DNA of 63,450 nt from Bigelowiella natans CCMP2755 (lineage: Eukaryota; Protista; Cercozoa): the NCBI GenBank assembly GCA_000320545.1, contig ADNK01001508.1, positions 1 to 63,450 on the forward strand, in the 5' to 3' direction. The notes below the pieces were generated by a model. It saw only the letters and a list, made by a program, of their open reading frames with translations, ran no database searches and had not been told where the DNA came from. Of this stretch, positions 14,198-26,659 are shown one piece after another. Each line of letters starts with the position of its first letter. Position 1 is the first letter of the stretch. A program made the position numbers and the translations under genes.

Positions 14198-14616
14198 CAC
14201 ACGCAAACAGCGCTTTAACATTATGTTTATAACGTGCTTGTGTGTGATTTATAATGTATATAAACCTTCCCTTTCCCTGTCCACTCATCCCTTCCTCTCT
14301 CCACTCGAACCAAAAGATTCCAGCTGATATTCGACTGATCGAATGCAATGATCTGAAAGCTGATCAAAGTGCATTCACTGGAGAGCCTGAACCAGTATGC
14401 TGCTAATTTTCCTAAAATTCAATATTTACTTCGATGACTTTTGGCAAACAAAAGAACTTAAATTTTTGCTTCTCAGTTGAAAAAGACATCAGGCGAGAGT
14501 AGATGTGATACTTACCTCGACAGTGAAAACTTGCTGTTCTCTGAAACATATGTAACAAGCGGTGCCTACACTGGCTTCGTCATTGCTACAGGCAAAAGGT
14601 ACTACTACTACTACTG

Positions 14617-14659
<43 letters not shown>

Positions 14660-15305
14660 TACTACCACTACCATTACTACTGCCATTACTACTGCTATGA
14701 CCGCACCCAATAATACATCTAGAGCGGCACGTCATCAAAATCTGATAGCCTGCAAGAACATCTCTGTGCATTCACCACTATCTCAGGACAGTAATTGGCA
14801 CTCTTGCCAGTCTTGTATCCAACAATAAGACACATCCGGGAGGTAGTTAAAAAAAGCATGCGCTTCTTTTTGCCTTTTTCAAACTTCTTCAACCTTCAGT
14901 TCGAAGGAAATCATACTTAATAATGATTTCATTGGGATATTAGTGACAAGAGCCGATAAAAAAAAAGCTGTAAACCTGATGGAAAATAAACAAGTTCTCT
15001 GCAAGTCCTTTGAGTGTTTAAATACAATCCGATTCGGAAAGAGCAACAACAGCCTTGCGCTGGTTGTTAAGGCAAAGTATCTATTTAAGAAGGACGGTGG
15101 TCTCGAAGCCGGTATTAAGGACTTGGTGGATAGATGCCGGGACAGCAACATTAGCCTTATCATCACGAGCGAAACCGATGTCGACGATCTCACCAACTCC
15201 GGAAAGAAGGCCAACATTATCCGAAATGATGACAAAGTCGTCGACGTGGGCGTAATAATTAAGGCCGTTGAGGAGAAGAAATCCAGCGAGGTGTAAAATT
15301 TATTT

Positions 15306-15341
<36 letters not shown>

Positions 15342-15715
15342 GCAAAGACGGAAACATGATAATGGCGACGACAATCGGGGAGACACTGTTGTTGCCAATG
15401 TATCTGAACGTCGCGCATTTTTGCAATGATGGAAATAATCTCTTTCTCATCTTCCATGTTAAGGTGGTCGTTAACCTCGTGGGAGTCGCTAGATGCCAAG
15501 GTTGCCAAACACTGCCATTGGTCACAGTTTTGCAGCAAGCGGCCAAGACTGTTGTTTACATTGGAGAAAGCATTAATGACACGCCGGCGCTCGCAAAAAG
15601 CCATTGCGGAATCGCCACAGAGGATTCAACTGACATAGCAAAGGGGGCTGCCGATGCAGTTCTATTCGATGGTGAGAATGTGCTAGCAGGTTTGACAGCT
15701 TTACTCTTTGACTAA
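13471..15715 (+). CDS. Truncated soluble P-type (P2, Na+/K+-like) ATPase derivative: N-terminal, actuator and P domains only
   Basis: Spliced exons give GLSTEEARKRLERDGRNEL, VIRGGNEMKVDARELVEGDLV, IPADIRLIECNDLKADQSAFTGEPEP, NLLFSETYVTSGAYTGFVIATGK and IGESINDTPALAKSHCGIA...TDIAKGAADAVLFD. No TM segments and no DKTGT are present. Confidence 0.8.
14599..14697. repeat. (TAC)n intronic microsatellite, representative of dozens of (TA)n, (CT)n, (CA)n and (GAT)n tracts in the window
   Basis: Directly visible. Other examples are at 1577-1675, 3038-3078, 18889-18935, 43927-44038, 44184-44388, 61228-61315 and 62916-62986. Confidence 0.95.
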
Positions 15716-15719
15716 GATG

Positions 15720-16028
15720 GAAGCTAGATGGGGCATGCATAGCTGCAATTGCAGCCACGTAGAGTGGTCTGTGCATGAGCACGCTGGCATGCTGCACACG
15801 AAGAATATGTTGTGCAAGTGTGCAATCGAAGCACTAGTTGATGTTCCTAAGATCGATTTTTTTTTACCACAGAGGTTCGTTGTTTGCATTCGCATGCATA
15901 ACATCATGTGATGCCATTTGTCAACCAGCATGAGTCTCATGCACTACATGACCTTTCCTTGCATGCTCTGATAATAGACATGTAATATCATATATATATT
16001 ATATATGCACTGATAATAGACATGTAAT

Positions 16029-16072
<44 letters not shown>

Positions 16073-16990
16073 GCTATTACTGTGTCTATAATTCTGCGTG
16101 CTGTGTCATTTTCTGCGGGAATCGCAAATGATGCACACGTTACAGCATTAGCTAGAGCATGCACCGTTATTGATCGAACGTACACATTGAACGCTCTAGC
16201 TGCTAGCGTTGCTCGTGCGCATGCACAGCACTAGAGCAGCTAGATGGTGCAGCAAGCCTAATCCCAATGCGCACATCTAGACATGCACAGCACTATAGAG
16301 CACTAGAGCAGTCTAGCAGTGTCTAGAATTGTGCACAGAGTGCAATGAAGACATGCACATTGATGTGCATGCTAGCGCATGGCGCATGCACGATGCAACT
16401 GCATGCCGATGCGCTGCTGCTGTTGCGCCGATCGATCCTGCAAGCTAGCTGGACTAGATGCGTGCATGTGAACATGGTCATAAATGTCGTAGCCATGCTA
16501 GCATGTGCAGTTTGAATGTGCAGCGCCACTTGACACTTGAATTGCACAAGTGCGTGAGAACACAAGTCAAATGCGCCAATCAGAGATCAATCAAAACCCT
16601 GATGAAACGAACCAGATTTTGGCTTGGATGCATGCTGCACATAGCATGGCTGCAATCGCGCTGCGATGAACGCATCATGTGCATGCATGATGGTTGGGTT
16701 CGTGTTTTCACGAATTGTGCACTGCACACAGTCCACTTTGTTGTCTGTGGTCGTCCGCCAGCAGTTTGCATTCATTGGCATGCCACAACAGGCACAGCAC
16801 AGGCTGCACACAAAATGCTAGCAACACACACGTCTGGACGTTGCAATTTCCAACAGAGACAAAGCAACGCAGACACATTTGCACAACTCTGAACGCCATG
16901 TCTCCATTGTTTTGTCCACGGCACCAGCAGGTCATGTGCACTTTTGCAATGAATGACTAGATGAAATCACACAGTAATGCAAGATGTGTT
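15720..16990. other. TGCA/CATG/CTAG-rich spacer between convergent genes, including a 42-bp-period duplication at 15968-16040 and (TA)n
   Basis: Very dense tgca/catg/ctag/gcgc. The string ctgataatagacatgtaatatcatatatata occurs at 15968 and 16010. Confidence 0.7.
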
Positions 16991-17053
16991 CCCAGATTCC
17001 CTCCTCGTCTATAGCTTCTCACATCTAAGTGATGAGGGAACATGCAACACGTT

Positions 17054-18250
17054 TTACGAAACTTTGGAAGTTCTATGAATGTGTGCCCTAGTTCCGTGAT
17101 AATCTACCACGTCGCGACTCACAGCCTTGATCCCATATGCATCTGTTTGCCTACGCACAAAATTGACCTGTTGTGGACTCACTGCACGACGGAAACCATT
17201 GTCAGGAAACACATAACCAGAGGCTTTTGTAAAGTGATAAATAACAGGAAGTCCATTGCCGTGCAATCCGTGATGGTCTGCCCATGTTGCAAAAACATGT
17301 TCTTCCATGTAGACTTTCAACTTGAGAATCGAATCGAAGGCCTCTGGATAGTTTCTAAGATTTTTAACGAGGTCAACCATGAGCGGACCAGGAAAGAAGG
17401 CTCCCTCATGTTTTAACATTATGATACGATTCAATATTTTGGGATTTTCAAATGCTGGGGCAATAACGTCTCTCATTGGTTTCCAGCCCCAAATTCGAGA
17501 ACTTACTGCCTCCGCACTCCAACCACCTCGAGGTTTCTTAATTGATGAAGTTGGAGTATAAATTGCTCCCCTCTGCCCGTTTGCCTTCGTCATGGCTTGT
17601 CTCCGCATGCTTGAGCCATGTTTTGATATGTAATCTTCCACCCCATGTTTTACCAACCAGGAGTTTGATGCCAGCAACATGAAATACTCAAATTTTATTT
17701 GTAATCCTGCAATCCACTCAATGTTGCGAAGGTGGGCATGAGCGAGAGATCCATGGTAGGCATGTGTAAAATACCTGTGACAGTTCACTACAAGTCGTGG
17801 GTGGTGTTCAACCAGCTTTTTTATCTCACCCTCTGTGTAGTTTGCTAGGATTGATAAATGAGCAACAATGAGGGTATTGTTGCCCGTATACTGTAATATG
17901 TTGTCGTAGTACTGTTCGAGATACCATACCGGCTCGAATACGAGTGTTGAAATGAGAAGGCGATAGTTGTCATTGAGTTTCTGTCCCATAGTTTCTTTCA
18001 AGTGTGGGAAAGATTCGCAGAGGGCCTCCTTTCGATGGATGTGATGCCATTTCTGGTGTAAGCTGTCCATAATTTCTTCTAAATGGCTTTCGTCCGCGTC
18101 ATCGTGCAAACCGACAATTATCTCAGGACTTTCGAAACCAGATTGAGCATAGTCGACGACTTCAAGAACGCAGAATGCAATGACAAGCAACCCTAGCAGG
18201 CTCTGGGTGCCAGTCGACATTATGATAGTACAGGTTTTTCTAAATAACAT
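17054..18250 (-). CDS. Intronless secreted or type-II membrane glycosyltransferase-like protein (GT14/Core-2-like)
   Basis: 398-aa ORF with an N-terminal hydrophobic anchor (LLGLLVIAFCVLEVV). Motifs LIVAHLS, GSLAHAHLRNIEW, FEYFMLLASNSWLVK and YMEEHVFAT resemble GT14-like enzymes. Confidence 0.6.
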   Translation of the reverse strand: MLFRKTCTIIMSTGTQSLLGLLVIAFCVLEVVDYAQSGFESPEIIVGLHDDADESHLEEIMDSLHQKWHHIHRKEALCESFPHLKETMGQKLNDNYRLLISTLVFEPVWYLEQYYDNILQYTGNNTLIVAHLSILANYTEGEIKKLVEHHPRLVVNCHRYFTHAYHGSLAHAHLRNIEWIAGLQIKFEYFMLLASNSWLVKHGVEDYISKHGSSMRRQAMTKANGQRGAIYTPTSSIKKPRGGWSAEAVSSRIWGWKPMRDVIAPAFENPKILNRIIMLKHEGAFFPGPLMVDLVKNLRNYPEAFDSILKLKVYMEEHVFATWADHHGLHGNGLPVIYHFTKASGYVFPDNGFRRAVSPQQVNFVRRQTDAYGIKAVSRDVVDYHGTRAHIHRTSKVS

Positions 18251-18675
18251 TCATTTTTGCAAATTCCTGGATTCGGGCAATCTACGAGTACACGAATGTG
18301 GAAAAAGAGACGTGGGGTTTGAGTGGGAGAAGGAAGGGATACGGCATCGGGCTTCCAGGACTTCCGAAGTCGGTGATGCTTCGTGGCGGTTTTATGATGC
18401 GCGACATGCTAAAAGACAGTCCTAACTCCAATAAAATTTGTCGCAAGGGGAAAATGGCATTATATACTATTTCTTGACCATAAAGTGCATGTCGTATGGA
18501 AAAAATGACATTGCTTTATAAAGGTAAGACACAAAAATATAACGGAAAGTTTCCTCCTCGTCCTGCATCAACCGAACGAAAACTGCAGGGCATGCCTTGC
18601 ATCGCAGCTCTGTCCAGGGGACGCCATTAACAGGGAAGGAGGTCTCGTGATTGAAGGATATCCCTGTACTTCGAT

Positions 18676-18885
18676 ATGGAGGGTATGTGGGAAGATGAAG
18701 AACAGAAGAGGGGCGTTGTGGCGAAGAAAACGCTGGACCTGCTTGCTCGGATTGAAGGTGTGGCCGTTGAGTTGAGACCGGAAGCGAAACGGTCAAACGT
18801 AGTCCAAGATTCGAATCAAGATGATACTGGGCTTTCATCGCTCGCTGCCGGTCCCTTCATTATCCTTACTTAATATGTATGTGTG

Positions 18886-18939
<54 letters not shown>

Positions 18940-19755
18940 CAAAATGGAGGCTTCGTAACCTCACGTAACAGATAACGGCAATGCACCAGTTTTAGCTGTG
19001 CCCATTCTACACAATGTCTCCCTGCTGTCACTTGTAATACTTTTGAATTTGTCCAGCAACACGATTCTTGAGCTTCAATACGGGATTGAAAGCCTGGATT
19101 GACACCATCGAGAAGGCATCTATTTATCAGCTGAAAACGAAAGGTCAGTGCAATGCAAATGTTAGTGCACATGTTGTGTTGAATCGAAGTAGAGATCAAT
19201 CCAGGTGGGGCTGAAAAGAATTTAAGCACAAAAAAATGCTTGCAAGTCTGCATCATAATCTGCACAGCAGCCGTCTAAGATGCATTTGTCGGATACACAG
19301 GCTCACATTTAAGGCTGATAGTGTCCCGTCTTGTTCCGGTTTGGCCGAATTTTCTCTTACCCTCTAAAAAACCTAGAAAATATCCTCTATTCATTTATGA
19401 TGTAGGTAATGAGGTCGGCTCTTCAGCATCATGATCCTGAAACCCTGAATGGCCTCGCGCGGCTTTTGACCTGTCAGATTACCGCTTACAAGGTGACGGG
19501 GAAGTCCCACTTATCATTGATCTCGGAGATATTGTGTTAGACTGACAAACCTGTTAACTATTTAGTCAAATATTGACTCGCGAAATAAGGAGAAAGATTT
19601 TCAAAAATCAACAGAATTGGATGCTGCGAACCGAGTATGCAGCCCAACACTTGCGCTCAGCTCTGATCTGTCCCCTCTGTGTAAATCCATGCAGTTGTAC
19701 GTTAGTTCGGCTTATCCTACATTTAATTATATCCTATCTATCTATACTGTGTCTG

Positions 19756-19797
<42 letters not shown>

Positions 19798-22093
19798 GTT
19801 CGTATGCTCCAATATGTGGTATCCAGACGCTACAAGCTTGCATGGGCCTGGTCGAAGAATTAGAAGAGTCAAAGGTGCGGAGGTTTTATTTTTTGAAACG
19901 AACGTTCTCCGTTCATTCCACGAGCGACTATTACTACCAGGTTCCCTACGAGATGAGCAGCCGCCTTAAGCAGTCTCTCTCTCATACGGTGCTAGAATGG
20001 CAACACGAGGCTACATTTGACAAGGTGGAGGAGGGGGAGGCGGAGGAGGAGGAGGAAGAAGAGATGGAAATTCTCAAAGTGCAGAAGGAGACATATCCCC
20101 CCCTGTTCCCCTGATCCATTCTGATACAACCCCCTTCACGTTGCTCCATATTTCACCATCTCTCATATCACGCACCGATATATTTCGTAGGAAGTGGGCC
20201 AGGTGGTTAGGGACAGCATTCCTGCCTTGAAACTGGTGAGAGAGATCCATACCCGAATCCAGGCACCTGTGCCTGCTTTCCTAAGCTAGATAAGCGAATC
20301 ATAGAGAATTCACACATTTCACGCGCAGACCATCTGTCCATATGAAAACGAAGAACCACAGCGGCGCGGGCAATACGCTATTTCTTTTCCACCCTAATCA
20401 CACAACCCACACATTTTCCAGGCAATAAAACGAGGGAATGTAGTGTTCTTCGTGGATCTTCTAAACGAGTGAGTTTCACTGCATCCCTTTGATCCGATGC
20501 ATGCCCAGCGGCATAAGCAGCCGTTTAATGTCATAATTCATTGCGATGGCAAAGGTTTCGCTGAATTTTGCGTTTGATCTCGTTGACATTGACATTTGCA
20601 CTTCAGGTTGCATGGCGACATCAGTTCCTCGAGCCGACGTAAAAGCAAGCTCAGATCCAAGCTTTCGTCATCTCCATCGCATCCATCTCAGCCAAACATG
20701 CATCCATTTTCGGGCACCCACCAGCCCAAACGCTCCTATCGCCTTCAGCCCTTGCAGAATCCTCCTTCCTCGGCCGCAGTGTTGCATGATGATAAGGTTT
20801 CTGGGGAACAGCCATCGAAGCACGCCCCATCGTCATCGTCAACGCGATCTCAGTTTCCAATGTCGGCCGTGTCCCAATCATTGGAGAGGGGGGGGATAAG
20901 AAGAAGGCCGTCGGATGAACTCTCCAATTCATTCCAAGAAGAAGACTACGATGACTACGATATGTCAGCTGATGAACCTCTTCGTTCTCATGATAGTTCT
21001 TACACGTCTTTCTCTCCAACATCGCCATCGTCCCCCTCTCCCCATATGCATGCAACTAAGAATCGAAGAAGCTTCCAGTTCCCCTCGCAGCCCAAGAACG
21101 GAGGGGGGGGCAGCAGTAGCAGTAGTAGTAAATTAGCAGCAGCAAGAGCTCTCCGTCGAGCTGCAGAGGAGAGTAAAAACAATAATCTGCTGAAGCGCAT
21201 AGTGGAAGAGGTAAACGATACGCCTCTCCCGTACCGACAACAGCAACAGCCTGAGGACGCGAAGAATTCCCGCAACTTCCCTCCCCACCGGTCCGTATTC
21301 GATCCGGAAGTCTCCCCGTCTTCTATTGGCCCAGAGGGAAGTTCAATGGACGAGCGCTTAAAGAAGCTGCTCCAGAACCGCTCCCCCCCCCAGCAAGATT
21401 ACAAAGTGTCTGAGGCGGCGGCGACGGCAGGGGGTCAGCTGAAGGGGAGGGAAAGAAGACCTCCTGGGCTAGAGAGCTTAGATGTGCCCAAGCGACCTGG
21501 TATGAGCAGAGGAGAACCTTCACAAACGGGTGCTGCTGCTGCTGATGATGATGATGATGGCGATGCAGCAGCAGCACAAGTTTGCTCCCCTCAGAGCTAT
21601 GGTTATTCAACAAGCAATCTCTCAGAGGACGAACCCCGGCACCCTCTCGGAATCAATTCCCCGACAACGTCTGTGCGTGCGTACGATACGCCACGCACGG
21701 ACGCAAGCTACGGCAGCTTTACTGCATCCCTAGATCATGAAAGCGACGAAAAGCGCCAAGCCGCAGAGACAATCGTGAGGGAAGAAGACAGTTACAACGA
21801 CGATAGTTGGGATGGCCCCGCAGCAGCAGCAGCAGCAGCAGCAGCATCAGCATTGTCTTCCAAGACGCACAGCAACATTGACGAGCAGAAAAACGCCAAG
21901 ATGTTAGGAAGCGATAGTAAAAAGGCCAAGAGCTCATCATTAGGTCATCCTTCCCACAGTCAAGCCGCAATCAAACTTAAAAGCAAGCTGCGTAGACGGA
22001 AGATCGAGCGGGTATTTAAAGCAATCGACAGCAGCAGGGCAGGATATGTATCCATTGAACAAATTATCTCCGCAATGGCCAAAAAGCCAGAGG

Positions 22094-22130
<37 letters not shown>

Positions 22131-22848
22131 GTCGTGTTTGACAAATACAACATCCCACAACGACGAACCACGATAGAACGACATTACTAACTATCTAAAT
22201 GCTTGATTTGCGTTTTTATTCACTTCTTTCCCGTGCAGCTTTGCCGATCGATAAGCTACCCCACTGAAGAGGGCGAGATAGGTTTCCTGTTTTTCTCTTC
22301 TTTGAAACGTTAAGCCATCGTGGTAAACGTACTCATTTGTCGAATATTCCCTACCAGATTCGGAAACGGCGAAATTATTCATTTCGGAATGGTAAAGCCC
22401 CTCTTTGCCCTCCCAACAGTTGAAGAGCCGGAAAGCAAACCGTGTCTCTGACGATACATTCTATTTTTACCCCTCCACCACCGTCATGACCACCATTCTC
22501 ATCTTCGATCGCATTACCATCTCTCTTAGTTTCAAGAACGTAGGAAGCTTCCAACAGGACAAGATTCCGAAGGAAATGTTCATAAGGTTTGAAATTAGAA
22601 TTCAATGATAATGATGATGATGATGATGATGAAAGTACAGCCACTCATTGACTACATACGTTCTCAGAGCGTTCGAGAGTCCTTCGAGTTTTGAGGGTAA
22701 TAGAGATCACCTGGCGAAAAGGGACAGTTTTGTAAGCGAGAGCTTATTCTCCATAACTTCCAATGACACCCGTTCAACTGGAGGACAATCACGCTCTGAG
22801 TTTGTGCCCTCGATAACAGTTGATAGCAACATGGACCACGACCTCTAA
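18676..22848 (+). CDS. Multi-exon protein with a long low-complexity region and C-terminal EF-hand(s)
   Basis: The large exon 20596-22092 ends in IERVFKAIDSSRAGYVSIEQIISAM (EF-hand-like). Upstream and downstream small exons have GT-AG borders. Ends are approximate. Confidence 0.55.
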
Positions 22849-22949
22849 CGGGAGAGGAGAGAGCAAAGAATACGCGCTAATTATCGAATTCTTTGCACTG
22901 TGTATAGAGAATATAAGAATGTGATGTCGTATTTATCGTGCCCGCCGGA

Positions 22950-23635
22950 GTAGTGTTGCAGCAATTAATGCATGACCCTAAAGCTGTGTTAAAAGCATAC
23001 GTGTACGCACTGTCTAGACGCAATAACGCATCACCACTACTAGACGACACAGGTTTTCAGCGCACACTTCTGGACATGCCACGCAGCGCAGCACGATAAT
23101 GACGTGACGAATGCGCGTAACATAGCTGCGATCCGGAACGTCGTTTGCATTTATGTACTGTCGATTTGGCATGCATTTCGTGCTTACGAGAACCAGCAAG
23201 TACTTGTGAACAATGCAATAAGCTACGATACAAGTGACAATTGAACAAATTTGATATATTCATTATTTCTATTACATCGTCCGACATGCACAATGTGCTA
23301 CTAGCTAGTGTGACGCATGACGCGTGTGGAATGCCACACCTAGCAGTGCATGTCATTGTACATCATTATGCTTAGTTTGTGCATGCACACAGATGCTATG
23401 AGCGCCAAACTAGCACCTAGCAAGCGTATATAGCGCACCGTACATTCAACGTACGCAAATAGATTGCGCAGCTGGGTGGACGCTGTGTGCGTCCAGACGT
23501 GCGCTGGCCTCTTATTGTGCATGTATGCTATGTTGTACATAGGTAAAACAAGTAAACAACATAATCTTTGCCACATTTTGACGTGCACACATGCATGTCG
23601 GTGGCAGGCTACGCGTAGATATTTAAAATATGTCA
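22950..23635. other. TGCA/CATG/CTAG-rich spacer between convergent genes
   Basis: Same compositional signature, flanked by the 3' ends of a + gene and a - gene. Confidence 0.6.
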
Positions 23636-23648
23636 ACTAGATAAAGGC

Positions 23649-23782
23649 TTAAAGCTCACTTACTTCCTCGCTGGCAGCCTCCGCCTCTACCTCTAAGGGA
23701 ATGGGGGAGACCGTCGCATCGAATTCTGTCTCAATATTCTTATTTGAGTCGTCGAGTAGAACCATTTGGAATGAGCTGAGAG

Positions 23783-23830
<48 letters not shown>

Positions 23831-23875
23831 GGGGGGTGGGAGGGAAGAACCAGAGAGAAGGGATGAGGTCGTATT

Positions 23876-23917
<42 letters not shown>

Positions 23918-24461
23918 CCTTATTTAAGTATGGCATTCTGCCCCATGAAGAAGTAGCGTGTTCTCTTGATAAGTGCGATGTGCAGTAGGAAGTGAGTGCG
24001 CTAATTTGATGATTCGGAAGTGGTTACTCAAATCCAATGATGCACAAAGTCCACCATCATCATCGTTCGAAATACAACGGCGGGGTTCATTTATGTTCGC
24101 ACGTCGTACACACCCTCCAATCCAGCCTGACGAGCTGTGTAGATTGCACCCACTGAAGTAGACGAATCGCTCTTTTGGCTGCAGCAGCGGCCTTAAAACA
24201 CGTTTTAGTCCCCACAACATCACACGCACAAGCACACGAATTCACGTACATAAAACCCAATTTGTTGCATCACGTCGTCATCGCTTAAAAGACAATATGG
24301 CAACCGATGTGAAAAGCAAGGGAGGTGCAGGCGACAAAACAGACAGAGTGCGCTGCTCAGCAGGGACGCGATAAAAAAGGAGTAAAAGCCGGGAAATATT
24401 AATTATCACAAGGACGAAGACACACCGAATTTAAAATCCCCCTCCCTGGTGATGTGTCTGT

Positions 24462-24494
<33 letters not shown>

Positions 24495-25223
24495 AACTTA
24501 GGATAAGTACCGGAGGCCGACAACTCCACTAGAGCCTTTCGGGACTTCTGCTATCACCTTCTCCTCGCCACAATCGTATATTTCCTGATATTGCGCGTTG
24601 TTTGATGACGGCGGAGAGAGGGAGGGAGAGAGAGAGAGAGAGAGAGGGAAAGAAAGAGAGAAAGAGAAAGTGAGATGTACTCCTTGTAATATTGTGTGTA
24701 TTTTAGCACATCAGACAACGGTCTTATGTTACCCACTGCCTCCCTAGTAGCATGAATGCACTATCACCAACGTTTTCGATGCTCTGAAAGACAGGGATAG
24801 AACATATATTATACGTGTTTGATGAGCAGGAGGAAGAGGCCACGAAAAAGGGTGAAAAAGGAGGGAGGAGGAGGAGACCGAGCAACAGGTGAGAATGACT
24901 ATACAAACCAGCTGCGTTCTTTTACGAACGCAATTCACACAACGACTGTTGCGAAGTGGATGTTGTCGTCTTTTAGCTCATCGTCATCGTCATTATCGTC
25001 ATGAACATCATCATCGTCATCATCAGTTTGGCATTTCTCCATATCCGTACTATTCGGTAGCAGAAGGTGGGAGGCTCCTGCGGTGAATTTGTTGCCTGGT
25101 CCATAAGCGCAGTAGATGTCCCTGTCCCGATGATAATGATAATGAAGATGAAAACGACAACGACGACTACGTTGAGAGATAGTATTTGGAATAGAATAGT
25201 CCAGAAAGAGCGAGAGCGAGAGT

Positions 25224-25263
<40 letters not shown>

Positions 25264-26525
25264 ACGGGGAGGTCTCCTCTGCTTTCTTGTCGCTCGTCGC
25301 GTCGCTATTAAATATCGAAATTAAAATTGTCATTATTATCATAAACCACGACTATCTTATCACTATTTATTTATCATCTCAGTGAAACAATTATTTTTAG
25401 CATCAGTATCGATCGTCACCATCACCAACATCGCTTTCGTATATGGGATTGCACGCACACGGCGACCTTCCACTCTCACAAGCTCGTCCGTGATGGCCAC
25501 TGATGTACATCTAGAGAATTTTTAGTCGGAGAAGGCAATCTCAAAGATGTTTTTGGACCAGGAAAAGATGCCGGCATGTTCGGCTGCATCATTTTGGGGA
25601 TGTCAAAAATACTGCAGCATCGATGACCTGTGAATATTCGCTTGCTCAGCCAAGAATCGACTTACAAAGAAGCCGTCATTTATGTCCTTTCCCTGCAGTG
25701 ACGTAGATGGCAGCTCAGCCAAAAATAAACAGTGCCAGAAAGCTTGACTCACCTCTTTGAATCCCAGCTTTATGATCTCTTTGATTTTGTCCTCCCGAAG
25801 GCCCTCCATGCCCCCATGTTCGCTGCTTTGGACTGTAAATCCCTTTACCATTGATGCTATGGCACTCTCATCGTCCCCGTCCTTCTTTTCCTCAGCCCAA
25901 GAAGTATTGTGGAGCACCATTCTGAGCAGATCGATCTGCGGTGATATAGCATTGTTAGGTGTAACCTGTTCTTCCCCACTCACTATGATTCCATTAACCT
26001 GCGACATTCTTGACATCTTGCCCCCCCTTCCCCATAGCTGCGTATCCACGGGCTCTATCAGCCTAGAGGGTAGAATTTAGACACAAAATCAATATTTGAA
26101 CGGAAGCGGAGTAGAGCACAACGAACATACCTAACAGTTCCTTTGCCTCCCATTCGAAGAGGCTTTAGGGCTCTCAGAAGAGACCTGAGAGGGGGGGGCA
26201 AACATCTCCGGATATACCATACGAAAGAGCATGCAAGTGAAGGGGAGTGGGGACACCTGTAGAGGGTGCGAGTCACTGCCGGAGGAACCATTCTTTCTCC
26301 AGATTGTGGAATCTGATCCGCTTATTATTCGCATATTTTTTTGGTCAAATATTCGTGCGCTTAATATCGAATAATACTCACTATTTCCTTATCGATAAAG
26401 GAATTTCGAGTTCCAGATTCAAAGAAAAAACGATTCCGAAGACAAGGAGTTTTGGGATATTTTAACGTATAATTTTTCTCCAAATATCGAAACCGGAACG
26501 CCAGCGACGCACAGTAAGCAGCCAT
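23649..26525 (-). CDS. Multi-exon hypothetical protein
   Basis: Coding-like exons (e.g. SQVNGIIVSGEEQVTPNNAISPQIDLLRMVLHN, DIYCAYGPGNKFTAGASHLLLP, SFQMVLLDDSNKNIETEFDA) are separated by microsatellite-rich introns. No family recognised. Confidence 0.45.
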
Positions 26526-26659
26526 CCCCGAGGAGGAGGACGGGGAGGGGAGCAACCCAATCCTCGATGGAAAGCCGCGCACGCAATATAAGGCCTCTCT
26601 ACTTGTTAGCTTAAGGTGAACGGAGAAAGAGATAGATACAAGACCGCCTCTCACCTCGA

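Noticed and set aside
14477-14828. Poly-Y/T/V/S ORFs, and similar poly-H/M/D, YI, SL, CV and RE ORFs elsewhere
   Set aside because: These are translations of intronic microsatellites.
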